Assembly (NCBI GenBank): GCA_964655125.1
Contig: CAZZLT010000012.1
Coordinates: 8,076-72,075 of the forward strand
Length of the DNA: 64,000 bases
Direction of reading: 5' to 3'
Source: an uncultured Desulfurococcaceae archaeon
GTDB taxonomy: Archaea > Thermoproteota > Thermoprotei_A > Sulfolobales > NBVN01
The notes under the pieces were generated by a model. It saw only the letters and a list, made by a program, of their open reading frames with translations, had not been told where the DNA came from and ran no database searches. This document shows, in pieces, positions 44,414 to 53,516 of the stretch (position 1 is its first letter; each line of letters begins with the position of its first letter). The position numbers and the translations under genes are program-made.

Positions 44414-46133
44414 CTCCTAACTTAGTACTAATAGGTATTTCTACAGCTTTCCTTAACTCATACTTTTCTATAGGGAATGACTCTAAAGTTATTGAGTAGT
44501 ACTCCTTAAACTTCACCTTAAGGAATCTATCTAATTCTCTCTTTAAGTCTTCAGGTATTTCTGGTTTGACATAGTATGTACTCCCATATACAGTCTTAAC
44601 TACCTCACCCTCCTTAACAACTACTTCACCGTCCTTAATCACTAACCAAGCTCTCTTAAACGCCTTAACGAACTTATCATATTCTCTACTTAGGTCTACC
44701 TCCTTCGGGTTTAAATCGTAGATAGCTATATCAGCATCTGCACCTACACCTAAATGACCTTTAAACTTATCCAGACCGAGTAGTTTAGCTGGGGCTGCCC
44801 TCGTCATAATCGCTACATCATATAGTGAGAACTCAGTATCTACTGATGGTAGGGCTGACTTCCTTAACGCACGTTGATTAACTTTCTTCATAAGGTCTTC
44901 ACGTGCTTTCTTACTAATAAGCCATGATAACATGACCGGATAGTCTTTAAACGGTCCGGCATTAGGATGATCTGTTGTTGGGATTACCCTCCAAGGATCT
45001 TTAGTTAAGAGTGCTACTTCTAATCCTATAACCCACTGAATAGTGTTTACGTAATTACTCTTCTTATACTTATAAGGTACTATACCAGCTGCTGACTCAA
45101 CCTCAGTATCAGCGTTAGCCCACTTCCATCTTGTTAAGTGGTATAGTACGTATTCGAATGGTGCGTCTGCAGTCATAGTTGTAGCAGGTTCCCCAAGGAT
45201 AACTTGTCCTAGGTCTAAAGTTATGTAGGGGTATGTCTTCATAGCCTTAGCTATATCCTCACCACCACTTTCAAGAGTTGCCCAACTATCTCCTTTATAC
45301 CCTGTAAACTGTACGTGAGTGATGTGTAGGACTGGACCCCCACTCATCTGCGGTATATCCTTAGTTATATCCATAGTCTTTAGAGTTGTTAGGTAATTAC
45401 CTGGGTAACCAAGTCTATTACAGTGGAGATGCATTTTATGAGGTATGTTTAGTAGTTGAGCAGCCCTACCTATCTCTGTAATTATATTTCTTGGAGTGAT
45501 GTTATATGTAGGGATCTGATCATCTATATCTACACCCTTACCGGTTAAGACCCAGGCAACGTCTGAACCTGGATCAACTAGTTTTAACGCGAATGTCTTA
45601 GTAGTGTAGAGTAACCAGGCTAAGTACGTAGCAAGTAGTTCTCTTAAACCTTCAGTGATTAAGTCTAGAGCTAACCAATTAGAATCAACTAATACGAATG
45701 CTGCCTTATCTATCATAGGAATATCATTTAATTCCTCATGAGTATGTCTAGTCTTAATAGGTGGTGTTGCTGGTTCAACTACTAATGTATAACCCATCCT
45801 CGCATACCCATACCCTATCCTAAAGACGTTAGGTACTGTAAGTCCTGTCTCAGCTCTACGGTAGGGTAATTCATGTGGTTTATTAGTTAGGTAGTGGTCT
45901 TCAGGTCTCATAAGCCTACCGATATTAACTTTAGGTCCAGCGATATGGCTATGTATATCTACACCACCAGACATCACGACCTTACCTCTAGCATCAATTA
46001 CTAACGCCTTCTTCAGATCTATCTGTGATGGGTCAACTACCTTACCGTCCTTTACAGCAATATCTAATACTTCACCGTTAATCCCGTTAATCGGGTCGTA
46101 TACGAAACCGTTTCTAATGAGTATCTCACTCAT
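44406..46133 (-). CDS. fwdA: Formylmethanofuran dehydrogenase subunit A (amidohydrolase)
   Basis: MSEILIRNGFVYDP...GGVDIHSHIAGPKV metal-binding motif. About 575 aa. The track start (GTG at 46142) is 3 codons upstream. It overlaps fwdDB and fwdC. Confidence 0.85.
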   Translation of the reverse strand: MSEILIRNGFVYDPINGINGEVLDIAVKDGKVVDPSQIDLKKALVIDARGKVVMSGGVDIHSHIAGPKVNIGRLMRPEDHYLTNKPHELPYRRAETGLTVPNVFRIGYGYARMGYTLVVEPATPPIKTRHTHEELNDIPMIDKAAFVLVDSNWLALDLITEGLRELLATYLAWLLYTTKTFALKLVDPGSDVAWVLTGKGVDIDDQIPTYNITPRNIITEIGRAAQLLNIPHKMHLHCNRLGYPGNYLTTLKTMDITKDIPQMSGGPVLHITHVQFTGYKGDSWATLESGGEDIAKAMKTYPYITLDLGQVILGEPATTMTADAPFEYVLYHLTRWKWANADTEVESAAGIVPYKYKKSNYVNTIQWVIGLEVALLTKDPWRVIPTTDHPNAGPFKDYPVMLSWLISKKAREDLMKKVNQRALRKSALPSVDTEFSLYDVAIMTRAAPAKLLGLDKFKGHLGVGADADIAIYDLNPKEVDLSREYDKFVKAFKRAWLVIKDGEVVVKEGEVVKTVYGSTYYVKPEIPEDLKRELDRFLKVKFKEYYSITLESFPIEKYELRKAVEIPISTKLGGG

Positions 46134-47877
46134 ACACAACACCTAACCTGGCTTTAACCTTCTCAACTAATCTCTTCAATACCTCCGAGTCAGGTAAGAC
46201 CCCTACTGGCGGGTCAACAACCTTCTTTAACCTAATAGCTACTTCATCCATCCTATAAGCAGTCCCCTCACACTCTATCCCAACGTAAGCACCAGGTATT
46301 ATGACATCAGCGAATGCTGTAGTTAAAGACCACTTAGCATCAATAACTACGACAGGTATTTTAGATAGGTGTTCAACTGCTTTTCTAGGTAGGTGGGCTA
46401 CAGGGTCACTAGCAATAATTAATGCAGCATCTACATCACCATTAGCTAGTAAGTCAGTAGTACTAGTTACTCCAATAATCATTCTTGGAAATCCTCTAGA
46501 ATAATCAACAGCGTAGGGGTAGTCAGTAATCCATAAAGATACTTGATTTGCTCCAGCAACATTGTAGTGACCTCTCATCGGTATTATAGCAAATTTAGTC
46601 CATTCATTAAGTTCTTGAACAAGTCTTATCACAGCAACTAAGTTCTTATACTTAACACCTGACATCGTTAACCCTACACCGAAGAATATAACACCATACC
46701 TTGCAGTCTTCATCATCTCAGCTAACTCAAGGACTTTCTCCCTCGGTACACCAGCAACAGTAGGTGTTTCAATATCGAGATCTTTAATTACCATCCTAAG
46801 CGCAGTTAATAACTCGTAGTCTCTACCAGGTTCAACCTGTATAAACATATCAGCTAAGTTAGCTGTAGGAGTTCTCCTAACATCAACAACTACTACCTTC
46901 CTCTCCTTCCTCCCCTTAATAAACCTCCCTTCACGTAAGACAGTCCTAGCAATATGATTTACATGTGCTTCTAACGGGTTACAACCCCAGAATATCACTA
47001 AGTCAGCTAAGTTAATCGCTACCCCGAAGGTACATCTAACAGTACCGACTTCCTGAACTGCAAGTGCTGTAGGTCCGTGGCAGAAGACTGAAGTATTATC
47101 TACTACACCATGTGTTAATTCTGCGAGTTCGATAGCGTATCTATTAGCTTCTACATCTGTGTTAGATAATCCGAATATTAACGGGTATTTAGAACTTACT
47201 AGGATATCAGCTGCTTTATCTAATGCTTTATCTAAGCTAACTTCAACAAGCTTACCCTCCTCCCTCACGTACGGTTTTAAGATCCTATGCTTATGATAGT
47301 TTAAGAATTTTGCAGAGGATATAGCACACCCTCCTACATTCTTTACTATTCTATTACCGTCAACTTCTATGACTAGATGATCGCATAAATCACCACAGAA
47401 GGGACATACTACATTCTCTACTACTCTCTTCTCACCTGATTTAAGCGGTATATCCTCTACGTAGGTATTTAAATGTTTCACACCAAGTAATTTAAGTACA
47501 TCTACTAACGTAGTTAGGGGTTCGTCAGTAGACTCAACAAAAACTTTAACTCCTTTTAGGTGAGGCATTCCAGTAGCATCGGTATTAGGGTCTGTTAACA
47601 TGTTAGCCCAAGGACCCATAGGTATGAATACCTGTCCTTTAGGAATACCATTATTAGGTCTTACCCTTAAAACCACTACACCGTACTCGTTATAGACTTT
47701 AACACGGTCTTTTACACTAAGGTCTGAGATGTCATCAGGGTTCATCTCCGCAATCGCTACTGCATCAAAGTACTTCCTACCCCACTTACCCTCACTCTCC
47801 ATACTAATACCCTGCGTTAAAGACCTCCCAGTATTTAGTACAAATAACTTCTTACTCCTTAACTTCTCCTCACTCAA
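46126..47877 (-). CDS. fwdB: Formylmethanofuran dehydrogenase fused subunits D (N-terminal) and B (C-terminal), Cys type
   Basis: Residues about 10-125 are FwdD-like (LNTGRSLTQG, IPMGPWAN, TGMPHLKG). The rest is FwdB-like (CPFCGDLCDH Fe-S motif; FCHGPT Cys-His at the Mo/W-ligand position). There is no in-frame TGA. Confidence 0.8.
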   Translation of the reverse strand: MSEEKLRSKKLFVLNTGRSLTQGISMESEGKWGRKYFDAVAIAEMNPDDISDLSVKDRVKVYNEYGVVVLRVRPNNGIPKGQVFIPMGPWANMLTDPNTDATGMPHLKGVKVFVESTDEPLTTLVDVLKLLGVKHLNTYVEDIPLKSGEKRVVENVVCPFCGDLCDHLVIEVDGNRIVKNVGGCAISSAKFLNYHKHRILKPYVREEGKLVEVSLDKALDKAADILVSSKYPLIFGLSNTDVEANRYAIELAELTHGVVDNTSVFCHGPTALAVQEVGTVRCTFGVAINLADLVIFWGCNPLEAHVNHIARTVLREGRFIKGRKERKVVVVDVRRTPTANLADMFIQVEPGRDYELLTALRMVIKDLDIETPTVAGVPREKVLELAEMMKTARYGVIFFGVGLTMSGVKYKNLVAVIRLVQELNEWTKFAIIPMRGHYNVAGANQVSLWITDYPYAVDYSRGFPRMIIGVTSTTDLLANGDVDAALIIASDPVAHLPRKAVEHLSKIPVVVIDAKWSLTTAFADVIIPGAYVGIECEGTAYRMDEVAIRLKKVVDPPVGVLPDSEVLKRLVEKVKARLGVVYE

Positions 47878-47897
47878 GGTGTATACCCCATAACAGT

Positions 47898-48833
47898 CTA
47901 ACCTAACTTAACATCAACGTCTTTAACTACTTCTAAAGCTTCTCTTAGGTAGAAATGATAAGGTCCTAACTTACCCCCGTAATTACCTGCAGAAATCATT
48001 AACACCCCCGGTACCTGTACAGCTGCTTTAATCGCTACACCCATAGCTCTTAACACATACTCCCTCCTTAAACCATTAATTACGATCTCATAGACAGAAT
48101 TCACACCTTCAGGTATCTTACTCTCCTTCACAACCCCTCTAAGAGTTGGGCAGTATAGGTGGTTAGTCGTTGCTCTTAACTTCGGATACTTGAGAGAACC
48201 TACTTTAGACCCAGACCTAACTATACCTCCTGGGAAGGGTGTGATAACACCCTTAACATACTTCCTAATTGCCTTCACAGCCCTCTCAGCAGCTTCTAAA
48301 CCTGATTCTGAGTTCTTAGCAAGTATTAGTATATTCCCTCCAGCAACACCCTTTAAAACCCCTACAGAATCCTCAACTATGAACTCCCCCTCCATAACAG
48401 GTATCCTCCAAACCTTCCTCCCGTAAAGTGTATCTTCCTTCTCAAACCCATCCCCGAACTTCGCAAGTGCCCTACCTATACTCATCTTCCTCTTAATCTT
48501 GGGAAGACCGTCGAACAACGCTGTTGTTGGACATGTTAAAATACACTGCCCTATACGTACTAAAGTAACGAGTTTTAAACTAGCTAAATCACTATGGTAT
48601 ATCTGTATATACGTACCAGGCCTCCCATCAGGTGTTATATCTGGAGATACGAATACCTCAATATCACATTCTCCTGGGGAAGCTATTACTGATGTACCGA
48701 AGCCAGTAGCTTTTAACGCAGCGGTATAAGCCCATCTCTTAGTTAAAGCTGTTATTAATAAGCGTGTAGCGTACATAGGGAAGGCTTCTGCAAATGTATC
48801 TTCAATAATAACATCTCCAAGTTTAATTATCAT
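47898..48833 (-). CDS. ftr: Formylmethanofuran:tetrahydromethanopterin formyltransferase
   Basis: 311 aa. IEDTFAEAFPMYATRLLITA N-terminus is characteristic of Ftr. Confidence 0.85.
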   Translation of the reverse strand: MIIKLGDVIIEDTFAEAFPMYATRLLITALTKRWAYTAALKATGFGTSVIASPGECDIEVFVSPDITPDGRPGTYIQIYHSDLASLKLVTLVRIGQCILTCPTTALFDGLPKIKRKMSIGRALAKFGDGFEKEDTLYGRKVWRIPVMEGEFIVEDSVGVLKGVAGGNILILAKNSESGLEAAERAVKAIRKYVKGVITPFPGGIVRSGSKVGSLKYPKLRATTNHLYCPTLRGVVKESKIPEGVNSVYEIVINGLRREYVLRAMGVAIKAAVQVPGVLMISAGNYGGKLGPYHFYLREALEVVKDVDVKLG

Positions 48834-48929
48834 AAAGCCACCTAATATTTTATTTAGAAGTAGTATTTAAAGTTTTAACTTGAGAAAGTAATTTATCCTA
48901 ATTAGAAGGTGAGTAATACGTATTGTTGA

Positions 48930-50294
48930 TTACGTCTTAACAACTTCAGTTAAGTATTTCCTAGATAAGGGTTGAGTTGTTGATAGTGCTGATAAGTAGG
49001 TAGCTCTCTCTACAGCTTCTTCTATAGTAGTACCTCTTAATAAGTAGTATATTAGTGTTGCTGTGAAGACATCTCCAGCACCGACAGTGTTAACAGCATT
49101 TACTAGTGGTGTAGTGTAGGTATTAGGCTCCCTACCCTCTACATACAGTACCGTACCTTTAGATCCTCTAGTCACAATCACTTCTTTAACTCCTGCTCTA
49201 AATAGATCTCCTGGTACGTTAAATCCTTTAGACCTCAGTATATTCTCCTTCTCCTCATTTAAGATTAGGATTGGGGAGTATTGAAGTATAGATTTAAACT
49301 CCTCAATATAGTACTCTAAGACGATCTTATGCGGACGGAATACTACTATCTTACCATCTCTGTAAACCCTACTTAGTAATTCAAGGTATGTCTTACAGAT
49401 ACCTTCTCCTAAGTATAGGGAACGTGAGTTATTACATGCTTTAACTAACTCATCATTAATTCGTAGTATAGTCGGTAGAGACTTTAGATCTAACCCTATA
49501 CTACACTTCATCTCTACCGGTTCGAGAGGTTCTAATATAGTACATATCGGTAATATAACATCTTCTCCTAACTCAGTTAAACTAATATCTACATCCTTAC
49601 TAATTAAATCAGCTAACATGTACGACCCTATAATGTTAGTAGGTACCCTACCCACAAAACATGTCTTTAACCCTAAACTAGATGCTACTACAGCAACATT
49701 AGCTCCAGAACCTCCAGGACATACCCTCACATCAGGTTTTAAGTATATGTCTAGGGCTAGAGAACCGAATACTATTAAGTCATGTTCATGACGCCTCCTC
49801 ACATCAGCAACACTCTTAATAGCACTACTAACTACTTGATCTAGGAGTTCTAAGAAGTTTATCTTCAAGTATTCTGAAAAAGGTATTATTCTAGCCATAA
49901 ACATTACTGATAAGTTAGTTACAGCCTCCTTAACAACCCTATAATCCAACTCACTAATATCTTTAAACAATATGTTATACCACTTACCAATATCTGTTAA
50001 CCTATAATACTTTACTCTAACCTTACGATTACCTCTAACCTCTACTCTTTCCTCCTCCTCTAACAAACCAAGTGTTAAGAGCTTCCTAATCGAATGTAGT
50101 ATAGTTCTATTTGAGTGGTGTTTAAGTACTGTGATGATATCCTTCTGACGTAACTCCCTACCCCACTCAAAAAGCTTAAGTATTTCAATAGTAACAGGTG
50201 TAGAGAAAAGAGTCATGACGTACCTTACCCTCTCATTAGTATTAGCAGGTAGTGGTAGTATGTAAGGATGTAACTCCCTAACTTTAGTAGTCAT
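48930..50294 (-). CDS. Fusion of winged-helix DNA-binding domain and PfkB-family kinase domain
   Basis: N-terminal about 110 aa are wHTH-like (TPVTIEILKLF...QKDIITVLKHHSNRTILHSIRKLLTLGLLEE...YYRLT). The C-terminal part is PfkB-like (PGGSGANVAVVASSLGL; NTVGAGDVFTATLIYYLL). Confidence 0.6.
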   Translation of the reverse strand: MTTKVRELHPYILPLPANTNERVRYVMTLFSTPVTIEILKLFEWGRELRQKDIITVLKHHSNRTILHSIRKLLTLGLLEEEERVEVRGNRKVRVKYYRLTDIGKWYNILFKDISELDYRVVKEAVTNLSVMFMARIIPFSEYLKINFLELLDQVVSSAIKSVADVRRRHEHDLIVFGSLALDIYLKPDVRVCPGGSGANVAVVASSLGLKTCFVGRVPTNIIGSYMLADLISKDVDISLTELGEDVILPICTILEPLEPVEMKCSIGLDLKSLPTILRINDELVKACNNSRSLYLGEGICKTYLELLSRVYRDGKIVVFRPHKIVLEYYIEEFKSILQYSPILILNEEKENILRSKGFNVPGDLFRAGVKEVIVTRGSKGTVLYVEGREPNTYTTPLVNAVNTVGAGDVFTATLIYYLLRGTTIEEAVERATYLSALSTTQPLSRKYLTEVVKT

Positions 50295-50466
50295 CTACTT
50301 AAATCCCTGTAGTAAATACGTAAAAAACTTATATTTCCAAGTGTAACAGGTTACAGTAGAAATCTAAGGTGAAGGTGATTATGTCCATCATAACTAATAA
50401 CCTCATACTTAACCACTTTAAAGAATATTTCTTAAGATTCGTACAACATCTTACCTCTAGATAATA

Positions 50467-51366
50467 GTGTTAGGGGTGTGTAGTATTCGATACCTACCTG
50501 ATATTCAAGGAGAAATCCCTCCAATACCTCTAGATATTAATAACGTATGTGTAGAGGGTTTAGAGGTTAGATTATGTTCTTTAAGTCCTAACAATCGTTT
50601 AGAATGTAGTATTGCGTATGTATCTGTATGTGTAGATCTAAGTAGAGAGCTTCGCGGTGTTCATATCTCAAGAAGTGTTGAGAGTGTCTTAGACGGTATT
50701 AACAACATCACATACAGTAGTTTACTTGACCTACAGAATAGTTTAAGAGTTACTGCAGAACAACTACTCAATAAACATGAGTACTCCTCTAAAGCTACTG
50801 TGAGATTAAGGATGAAGTATCTCCACGTAGTTGATGTTGAGAGTACTTCCGTAACTATGTATGTTACTGTTAAATTATTTAGGGATGGACGTGTAAGGTA
50901 TGGTTTAGGCTTAGATATTAAGGGTATGAGTGTCTGTCCTTGTGCTCAGCAAGTATATGCGTTTATAGAGGATATGATTGTGTCTAACACCCCCTCACAC
51001 TCTCAGAGAGCTCTACTAGCTGTTAGGGTTAATTCTCCAGAACCTATAGACTTAAGCCTTGATGAGGTTATGAAGACTCTCCTCTCAATATTCTCCACAC
51101 CAGTAAGGTGTTTTATGAAGAAGATTGAGGAGTATAAGTTTATTAAGAAGGCTTTCGAAAACCCGAAATTTGCTGAGGATATCGCTCGTGAGGCTGTTTA
51201 TAAGATGTATAAAGTGTTTAGAGAGAGGTTAAGTGATGATGCTACAATTACTGCTAAGGTTATGAGTTACGAGAGTATACATCCCTTCAACCTCTACGTA
51301 AGGATAAACCATAGTGTGAGAGAGTTAGATAGGTTATTTAGTAAGTTTACTGGGTCTGTACAGTGA
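50467..51366 (+). CDS. mptA: GTP cyclohydrolase MptA (FolE2/type IV family)
   Basis: LPDIQ, RGVHISRS and GMSVCPCAQ correspond to the DVQ, GTHMSR and CPC motifs of the FolE2/MptA family. 299 aa. Confidence 0.7.
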   Translation: MLGVCSIRYLPDIQGEIPPIPLDINNVCVEGLEVRLCSLSPNNRLECSIAYVSVCVDLSRELRGVHISRSVESVLDGINNITYSSLLDLQNSLRVTAEQLLNKHEYSSKATVRLRMKYLHVVDVESTSVTMYVTVKLFRDGRVRYGLGLDIKGMSVCPCAQQVYAFIEDMIVSNTPSHSQRALLAVRVNSPEPIDLSLDEVMKTLLSIFSTPVRCFMKKIEEYKFIKKAFENPKFAEDIAREAVYKMYKVFRERLSDDATITAKVMSYESIHPFNLYVRINHSVRELDRLFSKFTGSVQ

Positions 51367-52361
51367 GGGTAGTTATTCAAGCCCCAGCAAGAATTCATAT
51401 GGGTTTCTACAACTTCTTAACAGATAACGTTGTTTACGGGGATCTAGGAGTAGCTATACAGAAACCAAGAGTTGTTATAAGAGTTTCTAGGAGTGGTGAG
51501 GGTAGTTTTAAAGTTGTTAATAAGTCTGGTGTTGATATCTCTGACTGTTTGGAGAAGGTAGCTAAAATTTTTGACTTACATGATGTACATGTAGAGGTTT
51601 TAGATGTTATACCGAGACATGTTGGTTTAGGTTCTACAACACAGATTACTTTAGCTATAGCTTATGCAGTATCAACACTACAAGGATTTAATTATAGTGT
51701 TAGAGACCTAGCTGTGAAGTTATGTAGGGGTAGGGACTCCGGCGTAGGTATAGCTACGTTTGAGAGGGGGGGTTTTATAGTGAATTCTGGTAGGAGGGTT
51801 TCAGAGGAAGGTAGGGTTAAGTGCCCTACATCCCTACACGACCTACCTCAAGTGATATTCCGGGCATCAGTACCTAGAGAATGGAGTTTCACGATCTTCA
51901 CCCCTAAAACTAGGAAAGGACTTGATGAGGTTAGTGAGAGGAAGGTTATGGATATACCTATATCACTCCCAAAAGATATTCAATACGAACTCTATAAACT
52001 AGTCTTCCTCTACATAATCCCCTCTATACTGAGGGATGATATAGAAACCTTCAGTAAAGCTCTAACAAAACTACAGTTAATTGTAGGAGGATACTTCTCT
52101 AAATATCAAGGTAGTACCTTCTGCTGTGAAGAGGCTGAGTTAATAGTGAATACAATGCTTCGTTACGGTGTTAAAGGTGTAGGTCAGAGTAGTTGGGGCC
52201 CAACCATCTACGGTATTGTTGAGGGGTGGAGTAAAGCTAAGGAAATCACTATGAGGGTTTTAAGAGAGGTTAGGTCTATAGGTATAGAAGCTGACTACAT
52301 GATTGTTAAAGCATGTAATAGAGGTGCTAAGTTAGTAGTAGAGGGTAGCACTCATCACTAG
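51363..52361 (+). CDS. Beta-ribofuranosylaminobenzene 5'-phosphate (RFAP) synthase, GHMP-kinase fold
   Basis: APARIHMGFYNF N-terminus and HVGLGSTTQITLAIAYA GHMP motif. Overlaps mptA by 4 nt. Confidence 0.65.
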   Translation: MRVVIQAPARIHMGFYNFLTDNVVYGDLGVAIQKPRVVIRVSRSGEGSFKVVNKSGVDISDCLEKVAKIFDLHDVHVEVLDVIPRHVGLGSTTQITLAIAYAVSTLQGFNYSVRDLAVKLCRGRDSGVGIATFERGGFIVNSGRRVSEEGRVKCPTSLHDLPQVIFRASVPREWSFTIFTPKTRKGLDEVSERKVMDIPISLPKDIQYELYKLVFLYIIPSILRDDIETFSKALTKLQLIVGGYFSKYQGSTFCCEEAELIVNTMLRYGVKGVGQSSWGPTIYGIVEGWSKAKEITMRVLREVRSIGIEADYMIVKACNRGAKLVVEGSTHH

Positions 52362-52466
52362 TTATGCTTAAGTGGATAACCCCAACGTCATAGTCTTACA
52401 TCAGTTCTCTAACGGGATAAATTAGATATTAGTAACATTGAATATGTTCTTAGAGGTAAGAGTGTA

Positions 52467-53438
52467 TTGATGGGTACCCCTATATCTAGGTTTAAGTACG
52501 TCTCCTACCTACTTACTTCTTCAATAGCTTTAGAAGTAGCTGGATATCCGAAACCAGGTAATGTTCATAGGTTAAGAGATTTTAGTGATACGTTATTTGA
52601 GGACTTCCTAATAACAGCAGTTGTAGCTGAATACTACGTACTTAGAGCTATTATGAGGGGATGTAAACTTACTAGGGGTTCTTCCTTAAAAGTTCTTGTA
52701 GGTGATCTCATTAAGTACACTGTTGTAGAGTCGAAGAAGGTTTCTGGAGGAGGTAATACGTGTTTAGGTTCAACACTACTTCTATATCCACTAGCAGTTG
52801 CTGTCGGGTACACTATATGCTTAGGTTATGATGTTTTAGAGGTTTCTAATATAGTTAAGACTGCTAAAGAACTCATACATAAGTACTCAACAGTTTTAGA
52901 CTCTATAAACTTCTACAGTGCTGTTAGACATACTTCACCAAGCTATATTAGGAAATCTGATGTAGTAGGTGATATACCGAATGTTTGGGATGATGATTAT
53001 AGGGGGAAGCTCCTATCTAAGAATTTTAGGCTTTGGGATATACTTACATATAGTTCTAAGAATGATATCGTATGTAGTGAATTAGTTGAAGGTTATATTA
53101 GGTCTCTTAGGAATTTAACATTCCTTAGAAACAGACTTAAAACGCATAGTAATTGGAACTTAGCTCTAGTTGAAACATATCTCTACCAATTAACACAGGA
53201 TTTAGATACCCTCATCATTAGGAAGTACGGGTTTAAAGTAGCTCAAGAAGTTTCGAAGAAAGCATTAGAAGTACTTAATAAGTGTTTAGAGGGTGGGGGA
53301 GATTGCCTAAATAGTATAAAGGACTTTGATAAAGAACTTATAGAGAAGAATATAAACCCCGGATCTTCAGCTGATATTATTGTTTCTACAATAGCTCTAT
53401 ACGCACTCCAGAAAGGAGACTCCATACTTAGAATTTAA
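52467..53438 (+). CDS. CitG-family (triphosphoribosyl-dephospho-CoA synthase-like) protein
   Basis: GYPKPGNVHRLRDF, GGGNTCLGSTLLL and NPGSSADIIVST match CitG-family motifs. Confidence 0.6.
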   Translation: MMGTPISRFKYVSYLLTSSIALEVAGYPKPGNVHRLRDFSDTLFEDFLITAVVAEYYVLRAIMRGCKLTRGSSLKVLVGDLIKYTVVESKKVSGGGNTCLGSTLLLYPLAVAVGYTICLGYDVLEVSNIVKTAKELIHKYSTVLDSINFYSAVRHTSPSYIRKSDVVGDIPNVWDDDYRGKLLSKNFRLWDILTYSSKNDIVCSELVEGYIRSLRNLTFLRNRLKTHSNWNLALVETYLYQLTQDLDTLIIRKYGFKVAQEVSKKALEVLNKCLEGGGDCLNSIKDFDKELIEKNINPGSSADIIVSTIALYALQKGDSILRI

Positions 53439-53516
53439 TTATAATCCTCATTAAAGTTATACCTATGATGGTGGAGATACTCATCCCTAGTGGGGGAAGG
53501 TATCTTTACAGATGAG

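Noticed and set aside
46126-47877. Possible selenocysteine (in-frame TGA) in FwdB, as in some methanogen Fwu/Fwd enzymes.
   Set aside because: The ORF is uninterrupted. The metal-ligand position reads Cys-His (VFCHGPT), so this is a Cys-type enzyme.
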